Assembly: GCA_037138355.1 (NCBI GenBank)
Contig: JBAXIL010000024.1
Span: forward strand, 1 to 25,864
DNA length: 25,864 nt
Reading direction: 5' to 3'
Source: a bacterium
GTDB lineage: Bacteria; Oederibacteriota; PGYV01; Palsa-1178
Shown piece by piece: positions 10,069 to 19,687 of the stretch. A program made the translations under genes and the position numbers. The stretch's first letter is position 1. Every line of letters starts with the position of its first letter. The notes beneath the pieces were generated by a model. The model searched no databases. It worked only from the letters and a program-made list of their open reading frames with translations, and was not told where the DNA came from.

Positions 10069-11075
10069 ATCAAGCCTGCGCTTTCCTCAAAGCCCATCAT
10101 AATATTCATGTTTTGAACCGCATTGCCTGAGGCCCCTTTTAAAAGATTATCAAGAGAAGCAATCACGAGCAATATATCTTTTTGTCCAGAATCCTCAACT
10201 TTAATATCTATGAAATTGGTATTTTGATTGCTGTGCATACTAATCACTTCAGGAAAACGCACAAACATTTCATTTTTATAATAATCTGTATAAACTTTCT
10301 TCGCTTTTTCTACAGATATGCCTTTTTTTAGTTTTATGTATATAGTGGCAAGCATACCGCGATCCACTGAGGTCAGTTGCGGAGTTAACACAAGCTTTGT
10401 TTTTTTACCTGTAGCAGTTTTTAATACTTCTACTATTTCCGGAGCATGACGATGTTTGAAACCTGCATTATAAGGTGTGACATTCTCATTTATATTTATA
10501 TACATGGCTGTGGAAGTGGCTTTAATCCCTGCCCCTGAGATACCGGTCTTTGAATCAGAGATAATTGATTCTACAGAAAGCTTATCCAAGGCTGGAGCCG
10601 CACCTAAAATAGTACAAGCCGCGTGACAACCACTATTAGCCACTAAGCGAGCACCTTTTATTTTATTGCGAAATAATTCAGGCAAACCATAAACTGCCTG
10701 TTTCAATAAATCAGGATATTTGTGGGTGGTTTTATAGAATTTCTCATAGGTCTTAACATCTTTAAAACGATAGTCAGCACTTAAATCAACAACATACTTA
10801 CCTTTGTCCCGTGCTTTTTTTACAAACTCCATTGCATCCGTATGTGGCAAGCATACAAACATGAAATCAGCAGCTGAAAAAACCTTGCTGTCAGACGGAT
10901 CTATAAAAGAATCATTTGTGAGTCCTAAAAATTCAGGAAAAACAGTACTTATTTTTTGACCCGCGGACTTACGGGATGTGACATATGATATTGCAGCGTC
11001 AGGGTGTTTGAACATTATTTTTATTAGTTCACGACCAGTTAGCCCCGACCCTCCGATTATTCCGATTTTAAGCAT
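10065..11075 (-). CDS. argC: N-acetyl-gamma-glutamyl-phosphate reductase
   Basis: GGSGLTG, CLPH, DLSADYR, YGLPE, catalytic GC, SGAG, HRHAPEI, DNLLKGASG; 4-nt overlap with argJ. Confidence 0.93.
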   Translation of the reverse strand: MLKIGIIGGSGLTGRELIKIMFKHPDAAISYVTSRKSAGQKISTVFPEFLGLTNDSFIDPSDSKVFSAADFMFVCLPHTDAMEFVKKARDKGKYVVDLSADYRFKDVKTYEKFYKTTHKYPDLLKQAVYGLPELFRNKIKGARLVANSGCHAACTILGAAPALDKLSVESIISDSKTGISGAGIKATSTAMYININENVTPYNAGFKHRHAPEIVEVLKTATGKKTKLVLTPQLTSVDRGMLATIYIKLKKGISVEKAKKVYTDYYKNEMFVRFPEVISMHSNQNTNFIDIKVEDSGQKDILLVIASLDNLLKGASGNAVQNMNIMMGFEESAGLI

Positions 11076-11120
11076 TTTATCCTCCCGGGAAATCTTAGGG
11101 TATAATACTTTTAAAATAAC

Positions 11121-12098
11121 TTACATGTATTTAATATATGCTTCTGCCTTTGCATTTTCTATCCAGTCCATCCAGAGCTTGTCCACTTTACTTTCAATTA
11201 TCTTGACTCTAACTTTTTCCTTTATATCTGATAATATCGGTGTTTTTCCACCTTTATAATCTACTATCTTAATTATCTGGAATCCGCCAGCATCTCCCTG
11301 CTCAGTAGCAGGACTTTCAATCGGCTCAACAACTTTCCCTTTTTTAGGGTTTTTCAAAGCCGTTCTTATACGCTGATCCATAGCAGCTGTATCTACCCAC
11401 CCTAATTCTGCCACTGCTATTCCTTTTTTCCCAGTTAGCTCAGTCGATATTTTTTCAAACGATTCTGTTTTTATTCTCGCTGCTATATCTGCAACATATT
11501 TTTTTAAATCGTTTGTATCTACCAATCCCTTTGTAAAATATATCTGTGAAAGATTCATTTGATCATTAACTTTAAAAGCATCTTTATTTTTATCAAAGTA
11601 GTTTTGTATTTCTTTATCTGATACTGAAGTTTTTGAGATAAACTCCTGCTGTTTTTTCTGCTTTACTTTTGAATACACGAGATTGTCTCTAACTTGTGCT
11701 TCAATTTTTATTCTGAAATCAGTGTAAGAAAGTCCTTCTTTTTCCAAAGCGGCTTCAAAAGCTTCTTCACTTTGAAAACGAGCGCGCATACCATCTAAAA
11801 ACTCATTTACTTTATCAGCCACAGCTTCTTCTGAGACAACTATATTCTCACTTTTTGCCATAGTAATGATAAGTTTTTGTTCTACAAGGTTTTTTAAAAT
11901 TATTTTTTTAAAGCTCTCTTCATTAAAAGGTTTTCCGGCTATTTTCGACTGAGTAGAAGCCATTTCTACTGCCTCATCAATCTCACTGGCTAAAATAAGC
12001 CCATCATTCACCTTTACGAGAATTTTATCTTCTTGTTTAGCGAAAAGTCCAGTAACAGCAATTAACAAAACCACTACTATTATTAATATTTTTTTCAT
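11121..12098 (-). CDS. SurA-like periplasmic chaperone (SurA N-domain plus one degenerate parvulin domain)
   Basis: Signal peptide; DKILVKVNDGLILASE (SurA_N); FEAALEKEGLS; ELGWV; GFQIIK; C-terminal AKAEAYIK. Confidence 0.82.
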   Translation of the reverse strand: MKKILIIVVVLLIAVTGLFAKQEDKILVKVNDGLILASEIDEAVEMASTQSKIAGKPFNEESFKKIILKNLVEQKLIITMAKSENIVVSEEAVADKVNEFLDGMRARFQSEEAFEAALEKEGLSYTDFRIKIEAQVRDNLVYSKVKQKKQQEFISKTSVSDKEIQNYFDKNKDAFKVNDQMNLSQIYFTKGLVDTNDLKKYVADIAARIKTESFEKISTELTGKKGIAVAELGWVDTAAMDQRIRTALKNPKKGKVVEPIESPATEQGDAGGFQIIKIVDYKGGKTPILSDIKEKVRVKIIESKVDKLWMDWIENAKAEAYIKYM

Positions 12099-13027
12099 TT
12101 TGCCTTCTCCTTGTTTATAACCATTTTGTCTATTCTGTCTTCATAGACGATTATTTTTTTCTGCTTTCTCAAATCTTCCATCCACGAATTAAAATAATCA
12201 TCTTTCTTCTCATTGTAATAATTATTAAATACTTCTTGTTTTACTTCCTCATACTTAGGCGTATTTGCCTCCTGTATGTCCTCACACAAAAACAAATGCC
12301 ACCCGTATGGAGATTTGACAATAGCGCTGACTGCGCCTTTTTTCATTTTAAATACAACCCTGCTTATAAAAGCAGGCATATCGCCCTCACTAAAATACCC
12401 CATATCTCCTCCGCTTTTTGAATCGGAAGTAATCGAATACTTTAATGCGAGCTTTGAAAAATCTTCACCTTGCTTTATTTTTTCCTGAATTTGTTTTGCA
12501 TTTGCTTCACTTTCAGAAACTATTTGGCGTATACGGATTTTCTTTTGCTTCCTAAAATCCGAAATATTACTCCAATAATAATCTTTTATTTCTACTGGAT
12601 CAATTTTGATTTTAGCTTTCATTACCGCAAGAATTATCTTCTTGCGCAGTATTTTTTCTTCAATATCTTTTATCCAACCATCATAACTTATGCCAGCCTC
12701 TTTAAGAGTTTTTCTTGTCTCTTTTGAAGAATAATCAGGAGCAAAGTTTTCTAACTCTGTCTGTAATTCTTCATTTGAAAAATTTATACCCTTTTTTTTG
12801 GCTTGGTCAAGAACCATATAATCATTAATAAGTAAGTTTAAAAACTCCACAGCTTCTTTTTTTGTAGTAGCATTTAGACCATAGATTTTGGCCTTAAACT
12901 TAAACTCGCCAAGTTTTATTATATGCCCATCTATCTTTGCGAGTGGAGTTTGATCCTCCGCAGTTCCACAACCTGCCGCACATATAGCAATACCAAAAAG
13001 CAAAAATGCTATCAGAAGCTGTTTCAT
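12095..13027 (-). CDS. PrsA/PpiC-type peptidyl-prolyl isomerase, probable lipoprotein
   Basis: Start reassigned to ATG 13027 (MKQLLIAFLLFGIAICAAGC, lipobox-like). Parvulin motifs FSKLALKYS, GGDMGYF, KSPYGWHL; 4-nt overlap with the next gene. Confidence 0.88.
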   Translation of the reverse strand: MKQLLIAFLLFGIAICAAGCGTAEDQTPLAKIDGHIIKLGEFKFKAKIYGLNATTKKEAVEFLNLLINDYMVLDQAKKKGINFSNEELQTELENFAPDYSSKETRKTLKEAGISYDGWIKDIEEKILRKKIILAVMKAKIKIDPVEIKDYYWSNISDFRKQKKIRIRQIVSESEANAKQIQEKIKQGEDFSKLALKYSITSDSKSGGDMGYFSEGDMPAFISRVVFKMKKGAVSAIVKSPYGWHLFLCEDIQEANTPKYEEVKQEVFNNYYNEKKDDYFNSWMEDLRKQKKIIVYEDRIDKMVINKEKAK

Positions 13028-13037
13028 TACTGAAACT

Positions 13038-13781
13038 TTACTTTGTTTTAGGAACTGTATTTGCTGGTGCTTTAGTGTCTGCTGGTTTGGTATTTGGAGC
13101 TTTTGCAGGCTGTATTTGAATACCAGTTGATGCATCCTGCATTCCTGCAGCTCCTGGTGCCTGAGCAGTTAGAGCACTATCATTTATTTTAATATCAGCT
13201 TTGGCTTTCAATTCTTCAAGCCACTGCTGTCTTGCCAGAGATGTTTTAATCTCATCGGTTACTTTTGCCATAGGTTCAACCTTAGCATTTGGATTCTGTC
13301 TTTTCATGCTTGCTACATACTGCGCGTAGGACTGCTTGATATCTGCCTGTGATATTACAGCCTTTGTGAAATCCTTTGCTGCAAGCAGTTCTTTTATTAC
13401 AGTCTCTCTCTTTGCTATAGAACCCGCTTTAGTTTTCTGTCTATTGAGATTTACAAGCTGTGTCTCTACTTCGGTCACAATAGATTTTTCATAATCCTTT
13501 ATTTTTTTCTGAACATCTGCTTTAGCAAGAATTCCGTCTTTTTCAGCCTGCTGTATAAGCAATTCGCTGATGACCAAATTGTCAAGAATCTTCTTCTTCA
13601 TTTCTGGGGACTGCGCAAACATCTTGTATTGTGCTGGTAATGACTCGATTTCATCATTCAAATCCTGCACTGTTATTACCTTTCCGTTTACTTTTGCAGC
13701 TTCTACTCCGCCTTTATCACAACCTATTACAAGAACCATTGCAAACACTGAAGCTAAAGCAATAACTAGTAATTTTTTCAT
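13038..13781 (-). CDS. SurA_N/PrsA-like lipoprotein chaperone lacking a rotamase domain
   Basis: Lipobox VIGC; AAKVNGKVITVQDL; ILDNLVISELLIQQAEKDG; WLEELKAKADIKIN; Pro/Ala/Lys-rich tail. Confidence 0.75.
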   Translation of the reverse strand: MKKLLVIALASVFAMVLVIGCDKGGVEAAKVNGKVITVQDLNDEIESLPAQYKMFAQSPEMKKKILDNLVISELLIQQAEKDGILAKADVQKKIKDYEKSIVTEVETQLVNLNRQKTKAGSIAKRETVIKELLAAKDFTKAVISQADIKQSYAQYVASMKRQNPNAKVEPMAKVTDEIKTSLARQQWLEELKAKADIKINDSALTAQAPGAAGMQDASTGIQIQPAKAPNTKPADTKAPANTVPKTK

Positions 13782-13813
13782 TTGTTACTCCTTTCGAGAA
13801 TTAGATTTGTAAT

Positions 13814-13842
13814 AATTTACCACATGCCTAAACATAAAGCAA
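13814..13842 (-). promoter_or_regulatory. Putative sigma70 promoter of the foldase-argCJ cluster
   Basis: TTGCTT, 17-nt spacer ending TGG, TAAATT (extended -10), about 30 nt upstream of ATG 13781. Confidence 0.4.
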
Positions 13843-13954
13843 CTTATAATTATATACCAAAAACTGCCAAATCGCTCACTTTTGCTTAATTTAGACGATT
13901 GAAATGGCTTATTTGTTTCATGTATTTATGCTTATTTTATAAAAAATATTTTTT

Positions 13955-15427
13955 TCAAACTTTATCGAAATCCACAAAACCCTTTTCTACATTGACACTA
14001 ACCAGCTTTACTCTTACTTTTTGCCCCACATCCAAACCTATTAAACCACCGTCCAGTCTTCCTTCAACTGGCGGCTGAAAAATCCTTACATAAGTACCTT
14101 TATCTGAAGCACCTGTAACCAAAGCATCAAACTCCTGCCCTATTTGAGAAGAAAGAAGCAAAGCAGCAGCTGATTTTTCCAATCTGCGCTCAACTTTTTT
14201 TGCATCATTTTCTCTTTCAGTACAATGTTTTGCTATTGCTTCCAGCTCAGCATTCGTATAAGGAATTGTTTTACCCTCTATAAGTGTTTTTAACAATCTC
14301 TGTGTTATTAAATCAGGATACCTGCGGTTTGGCGCTGTGGAATGAGAATAATCCCTAACAGCAAGACCGAAATGACCTTCAGTAGTTGATCCAGGAACTT
14401 CAAGAGCATACTCTCCTGGTCCGAGGAGTTTGATTATACTTAGTGACAAGTCTGGGAATTGCTCTGGAAATGTTTTTTTCTGTAATACAAGAAAACTTTC
14501 CAAGGACTTCGCATCAGGTGTCTGAGGTAATTCAAAGTTTTTTTCTGCAGCAACTACTACTATGCGGTCCCATCTTTTAGGTGTATGTACCACTCTCCTT
14601 ATAGAAGGAAAGTTATGTGCTTCCAAAAATCTGGCAGTGACACCATTAGAGGCTATCATAAAATCTTCAATAATATCTTTTGCTGTATTTTGCGTATCAA
14701 GCTCAAGACCTTTTATATCATCTCCTAAAAAAATCGGATGTGTTTGCAGAGTAGTCAAATGAAGCGCGCCTTGAGCATGACGAAGAGCTTTCATTTTTTG
14801 AGCAGTTATAGATTGTATTTTAATATTTTCATCAAGTCCTTTTATTTGCTTTACTTCGTCAGGTATAGCATTTTCTCCATCTAACCACGCAGCTAAGCTA
14901 TTGTATGCAAGCTTTGCTTTATTTCTAACCTTTGCCTGATAAATATCAGAAGTGAGCAAAGACCCATCGCCTTTAAAAGTCATTTCTATTATTACAGCAA
15001 GTCTATCAGAATTAAAATTCAATGAAGTTAAATCATTTGATAATCTTTCTGGTAGCATAGGAAAAATTACTGCCGGAGTATAAACAGATAATGTATTTTG
15101 AAAAGCAAAAGAATCTATTGCCGATGCCTTCCCAGCAATTGCATCCACATTCGCAATCGCCACAAGTATCTTAACTTCTCCAGCAGGCAAGCTTATCGCT
15201 GTGGTTAGCTGGTCCAAATCAAGGGAAGAGTCATTATCTATAGAACACCACAAGAGCTCAGTCAAATCACGAACTGCTGCTGTATTACCTACTGCTGGAC
15301 CTTTTATTTTTTGTAATTCAGTCATTACCGCAGAAGAAAATTGAGTTGCAAGACCAAGCTCATTCATAGCATCATAAGCAATTCTACGAAGCCAGTCCCT
15401 TTGTTTTACTTCGCTTATATCGGCCAT
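13955..15427 (-). CDS. RNB-domain 3'-5' exoribonuclease (short RNase II/R family)
   Basis: SIDNDSSLDLDQ, SVYTP...PMLP, IEDFMIASN, HFGLA..YSHSTAPNRRYPDL, C-terminal S1-like domain. Confidence 0.92.
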   Translation of the reverse strand: MADISEVKQRDWLRRIAYDAMNELGLATQFSSAVMTELQKIKGPAVGNTAAVRDLTELLWCSIDNDSSLDLDQLTTAISLPAGEVKILVAIANVDAIAGKASAIDSFAFQNTLSVYTPAVIFPMLPERLSNDLTSLNFNSDRLAVIIEMTFKGDGSLLTSDIYQAKVRNKAKLAYNSLAAWLDGENAIPDEVKQIKGLDENIKIQSITAQKMKALRHAQGALHLTTLQTHPIFLGDDIKGLELDTQNTAKDIIEDFMIASNGVTARFLEAHNFPSIRRVVHTPKRWDRIVVVAAEKNFELPQTPDAKSLESFLVLQKKTFPEQFPDLSLSIIKLLGPGEYALEVPGSTTEGHFGLAVRDYSHSTAPNRRYPDLITQRLLKTLIEGKTIPYTNAELEAIAKHCTERENDAKKVERRLEKSAAALLLSSQIGQEFDALVTGASDKGTYVRIFQPPVEGRLDGGLIGLDVGQKVRVKLVSVNVEKGFVDFDKV

Positions 15428-15439
15428 AAAACCACCTTT

Positions 15440-16582
15440 TTATAATAATTCATAAATGAAATAAACTACTGGAGGTGTACTCGTTTCTATGGCCTGCCCA
15501 ACGGCTAAAGTCACCTTAATCGGAGTTCTTTTTCTAAAGGTAAACTGAAAACTCACTCCAGCACCAACTCCATATTTGTAAGACCCATATTCTTGAATTT
15601 GATGAACATTTCCTGTTTTGCCACAGTCAACAATAGCAAAGGCCTTCAAATTGTCCAGCTTAAGCCACCACAATTCCCAACCTATCTTATCTGCAATCAA
15701 ACCATCAAACCTTAACCTACCAAAAACTTTATAATAATCCTGAAATTGATTTAAACCATATCCAATCAATCGATCGAAACCACCCAAACTATAAATTTTC
15801 CATAAAGGCACATTTGAAGCGTCCAACATATGCCCTGTCTCCACATTAAATAAAAGATTATTTCCGTTTTCAAATCTCAAATTAGTAATTAAAGAACAAT
15901 TAAGAAACATAAAATTATACGGAGAATACTTATGCGGTATGGCTTTATCTATATCGACATTCAAACGCATTTCATCAAATTCGTTTCCACCTTGTTTTCC
16001 AATTATTTTAACTTCCATCCAAGTATTTATTATAGAAGCAAGACCCTGCTGAACTTCCAGAGAGTTATTAAGATTGGCAAGATATGCGTTCTCGTTTCTA
16101 AACGCTTCCCCAAACTTCAATACAGAAAACAAAATTGGTGTCCCTACACTAATACCAAGTCCTTTGGTTCTTTGTATATATTTTGTATTATTATAGACCG
16201 CTTCAAACTCCAAATTATCATACAAACTGAGATACACTGGGAAATATGTTTCCAAACCGTATTTAAGCAGATATTTTATTTTATTATAAATGTAATTATA
16301 TTCAGTCATGCCTTCTAAAATCGTATCGCCTATTTTTTGCTTCAAACCAAGATTTACATTTGCATCAGGCAGGGTGACTTTAAAAGATGGAGTTATAAAT
16401 AAATGAAGCTCCTTAACTTTTATATTTATTATATCGTCATAATAGTCTGTACCTGTGGTGACCGTCAAAGAATCTGCCTTGGCTGTAATAGTCATAGGCA
16501 TTTGCCCTGTTCCAGCAATAACAGTGACTATCCCAAATAAAATAAAAAGAGGCAGCAATATTAATCTTTTTGTTTTCGCCAT
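15440..16582 (-). CDS. Putative outer-membrane beta-barrel protein, Omp85/BamA-like C-terminus, no POTRA domains
   Basis: N-terminal signal; Tyr/Gly-rich amphipathic strands; YSLGGFDRLIGY resembles Omp85 loop 6; AIVDCG...YGVGAGVSF...TPIKVTLAVG resembles the terminal Omp85 strands. Confidence 0.55.
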   Translation of the reverse strand: MAKTKRLILLPLFILFGIVTVIAGTGQMPMTITAKADSLTVTTGTDYYDDIINIKVKELHLFITPSFKVTLPDANVNLGLKQKIGDTILEGMTEYNYIYNKIKYLLKYGLETYFPVYLSLYDNLEFEAVYNNTKYIQRTKGLGISVGTPILFSVLKFGEAFRNENAYLANLNNSLEVQQGLASIINTWMEVKIIGKQGGNEFDEMRLNVDIDKAIPHKYSPYNFMFLNCSLITNLRFENGNNLLFNVETGHMLDASNVPLWKIYSLGGFDRLIGYGLNQFQDYYKVFGRLRFDGLIADKIGWELWWLKLDNLKAFAIVDCGKTGNVHQIQEYGSYKYGVGAGVSFQFTFRKRTPIKVTLAVGQAIETSTPPVVYFIYELL

Positions 16583-17877
16583 TTTTCAAGCCTCTCCTTT
16601 ATATTTTTTTCTGTTCCATTTTCTGTCGGAAAATAATATTTATTATCTTTAATACTGTCTGGCAAATGTTGTTGATTGACAAAGTGTCCTTCATAATCAT
16701 GTGCATACTTATACCCTTTTCCATAACCTAAATCTTTCATAAGTTTGGTTGGCGCATTTCTTATGTTTAATGGAACTGGATCGTTTTTTGTGTTTTTTAC
16801 ATCTTCACTTGCTGCTGTATATGCCATATATGCCGCATTACTTTTCGGGGCACAGGCAATATAAATTATTGCCTGAGCTATGGCTAACTCACCTTCCGGA
16901 GAACCGAGAAAGTGATATGTATCCTTTGCCGCATTGGCAATTATTAAAGCATTAGGGTCTGCATTTCCTACATCTTCGCTGGCAAATCTAATAACTCTGC
17001 GTATGACATACAGCGGATCCTCTCCCGCTTCAAGCATTCTTAAAGCCCAGTAAATCGCAGCATCTGGGTCTGAATCCCTCATACTTTTATGTAGAGCTGA
17101 TATTATATTGTAGTGCTCTTCACCGGCTTTATCATAAAGAAAAGTTTTTTTATCGGCCGCCTGTTTCACATCTTCTATGCTTATAGAATATTCTTCTCCT
17201 GTTTTTAAAGCGTCTATAACTTCCAGTATATTCAAAACAGTGCGTGCATCACCATTAGAAACAGTTTCAAGCATTTTAACTGCCTCTACTGCTATGTTAA
17301 TTTTTCTTTTTCCAAGTCCACATTCCTTATCAGTTAATGCCCTTGTGATTATCTTTTGAATATCTTCTTCTTCCAATGCTTTTAAAGTGATAACTCTTGT
17401 CCGCGATAATAAAGCTGAGTTTACTTCAAATGAAGGATTTTCAGTAGTGGCACCGATTAGTATAAGCGTTCCATTTTCTACATGAGGAAGAAAAGCGTCT
17501 TGTTGGGATTTATTAAATCTGTGAATTTCATCTATAAAAAGTATGGTTTTCTTTCCTATGCGCACGCTTTGTTTTGCCTGCTCTACCACTGCTTTAACTT
17601 CTTTTATCCCACTTGAAACCGCCGAGAGCGACACAAAATCCGCATTAATAAGTTTTGCAATTATCATAGCAAGAGTTGTTTTACCTGTCCCAGGAGGCCC
17701 CCAGAAAATTATAGATGGCAGTTTGCCTTCAGCTAACATGCCTTTTAAAAATCCTTTTTCGCCTACAGCATGATGCTGCCCTGCAAACTCCGCCAAAGTC
17801 CGCGGCCTCATACGATAAGCAAGCGGTTGTTTTGAAATATCTACTTTTACTTCCTCATCATTGCTAAAAAGATCCAT
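16561..17877 (-). CDS. rarA: Replication-associated recombination AAA+ ATPase RarA/MgsA
   Basis: PLAYRMRP, WGPPGTGKTT, FIDEIHRFNKSQQD, GATTENPSF, ISALHKSMR, ASEDVGNADP, YKYAHD. Confidence 0.97.
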   Translation of the reverse strand: MDLFSNDEEVKVDISKQPLAYRMRPRTLAEFAGQHHAVGEKGFLKGMLAEGKLPSIIFWGPPGTGKTTLAMIIAKLINADFVSLSAVSSGIKEVKAVVEQAKQSVRIGKKTILFIDEIHRFNKSQQDAFLPHVENGTLILIGATTENPSFEVNSALLSRTRVITLKALEEEDIQKIITRALTDKECGLGKRKINIAVEAVKMLETVSNGDARTVLNILEVIDALKTGEEYSISIEDVKQAADKKTFLYDKAGEEHYNIISALHKSMRDSDPDAAIYWALRMLEAGEDPLYVIRRVIRFASEDVGNADPNALIIANAAKDTYHFLGSPEGELAIAQAIIYIACAPKSNAAYMAYTAASEDVKNTKNDPVPLNIRNAPTKLMKDLGYGKGYKYAHDYEGHFVNQQHLPDSIKDNKYYFPTENGTEKNIKERLEKWRKQKD

Positions 17878-17916
17878 TGTACTCCTATAACATTTTTAAT
17901 TAAAAACTTGTTAATA

Positions 17917-19200
17917 TCAGTTCATTTTATTGATAAGCAATCCTGTAATTAATTTTGGCATAAAGTATGTGGACTTCTGTGGCATAACTTCCTTTTTTTG
18001 CGAAATTATTTTCACATCTTCCGTCGTGGCTGGCTGAACCAGAAAAGAAACAGCGAAACCATCTTTCATAACATAATTAATCGCTTCATCCATATCCTGC
18101 GTGTAAGTAATACCGCTGAAAATCTCTTTTTCAGGCACCCCGAGAAGCTTATCAAATATCAAGGTATGAAGTACGGAAGGACTCAACATATAATATTCCA
18201 TAACATGTCCTGCTTTTAAGATTAATTTTTTGTATATTGCCTGCTTGAGCTCAAGCAAATATGCCTTTTTATTTTGAAGTATTCCCAAATATTTTTTTAC
18301 TGTTTTTTTCATCATTACTTTTTTTAGAGCGGCTGGACTTGTAAGTTTTGTTACTTTAAAATATTTTTTCATTATGTCGCTCTTTGGGTCAAAATCTCTA
18401 AAGGTTTTGAAAACCCTGTGTGTCGGTAGTATGGATATATTAGAATGTTCCACACTGATTAAGCACATTAAGATTCTGTCATAAGGCGTCTGCTGTACCC
18501 CTGTCTTTTTTCTCATTTCATTCCTAAAGAACATGGCAGTTTCATACCTGTGATGACCATCGGCTATATATAGCTGCTTGTTTTTAAACATGGAAATAAT
18601 ATTTTGTATTTCTTTATCATTATTTATTTTCCATAATTTTACTTGAATTCCTTTTAGATCTTTAAACGAAATAAAAGGTTTTTGTTTTTTTATCCTTTCA
18701 AGCAATACCTTGTGTATTTTCTTTTCCTTGTCAGGATACATAGCAAGTATAGGGCTCGTATTGGAATATGTGCTGCGCATAAGCTCAAGCCTGTCCGCTT
18801 TTGGACCATCATGAGTGCGTTCGTGTGGAAGTATTATTCGCTTATCATATTCCTCTATTTTTACCGCGGCAAAGAAACTTATCATTTCCTTCTTTTTGCC
18901 GTCAGGCATTTTGTATTCCTGTGTATAAACATAAAACGACTCGCTATCATCGCGGTCAAGTATATTATCCATAATCCACTCATTCATAAAATCAGCAGCG
19001 CGCGTGTACTTATTTACCGCAGGATTATCGCCTGCTTGCGCAAGACCTTTATCAATTCTTATTACATTAAATGGATCATTTTCATAATAGCCTTCTACTT
19101 CCTTATCTTTTATTATGTCGTAAGGCGGCATTACCACTTTTTTCAAATCTACCTTCTCGCTGTTATAATAAATACTTTTAAAAGGTTTTATGTCTGCCAT
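17917..19200 (-). CDS. DUF1015 family protein
   Basis: MADIKPF, PPYDII, ILPHERT, YIADGHHRYETA, ILPTHR, MPQKSTYFMPKLITGL. Start moved to ATG 19200, behind a GGAGG RBS. Confidence 0.92.
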   Translation of the reverse strand: MADIKPFKSIYYNSEKVDLKKVVMPPYDIIKDKEVEGYYENDPFNVIRIDKGLAQAGDNPAVNKYTRAADFMNEWIMDNILDRDDSESFYVYTQEYKMPDGKKKEMISFFAAVKIEEYDKRIILPHERTHDGPKADRLELMRSTYSNTSPILAMYPDKEKKIHKVLLERIKKQKPFISFKDLKGIQVKLWKINNDKEIQNIISMFKNKQLYIADGHHRYETAMFFRNEMRKKTGVQQTPYDRILMCLISVEHSNISILPTHRVFKTFRDFDPKSDIMKKYFKVTKLTSPAALKKVMMKKTVKKYLGILQNKKAYLLELKQAIYKKLILKAGHVMEYYMLSPSVLHTLIFDKLLGVPEKEIFSGITYTQDMDEAINYVMKDGFAVSFLVQPATTEDVKIISQKKEVMPQKSTYFMPKLITGLLINKMN

Positions 19201-19243
19201 ATTTCCTCCATTTTTCACAAAGCTTTTTTATCACCTGATGATT

Positions 19244-19675
19244 TTATTTTTTCTCGGCAATTTCATTTTTTGTATTTCTATTGTAATCATAAAAGGTAAA
19301 TATATTAAATGCTACATTGACAGCCATAAAAGCACCTATGGCTATATAATATGTTTGCTGATTTTCAACTAATGAACCTAATTTCGGGGACCAGGTTTTC
19401 TCGTTTATAGCCTTAGTTAGCCATAGACCTGCAAAAGGATAGATAAAGCCAAACGGGATGGATTCTATAGCGGTAACTTTAATATCTTCTATCAAATCGT
19501 GCTTAGTATATGCCATAGGTTTAAATACAGGTTTTGAAGTATATTCAGCCGACGCTGTCAGTGAATTATAAAATGAAACATCATCTTGCATAGTCCACAT
19601 GTCAGCGTCTGTTTCTGCTATGACAAAAGAAAATGCAAAAATAATAATTACCAGCACTGCTATGTATTTATTCAC
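19244..19675 (-). CDS. Hypothetical membrane protein (signal peptide plus two hydrophobic segments)
   Basis: GTG start 12 nt after the hisG stop with AAGGA upstream; MNKYIAVLVIIIFAFSFVIA signal; TM-like IPFGFIYPFAGLWL and YYIAIGAFMAVNVAFNIF. Confidence 0.7.
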   Translation of the reverse strand: MNKYIAVLVIIIFAFSFVIAETDADMWTMQDDVSFYNSLTASAEYTSKPVFKPMAYTKHDLIEDIKVTAIESIPFGFIYPFAGLWLTKAINEKTWSPKLGSLVENQQTYYIAIGAFMAVNVAFNIFTFYDYNRNTKNEIAEKK

Positions 19676-19687
19676 AAATATTCCTTT

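Noticed and set aside
11076..11120. ARG box or RBS-sequestering structure before argC (TCCCGGGA palindrome)
   Set aside because: No ArgR consensus seen; the palindrome has no loop and is too short to support.
13028..13135. N-terminal 36 aa of the ORF-track 346-aa PPIase
   Set aside because: Overlaps the upstream gene; the lipoprotein signal begins at ATG 13027.
18682..19299. 205-aa plus-strand ORF
   Set aside because: Mostly antisense to DUF1015; composition reflects the reverse complement of Lys-rich codons; no motif.
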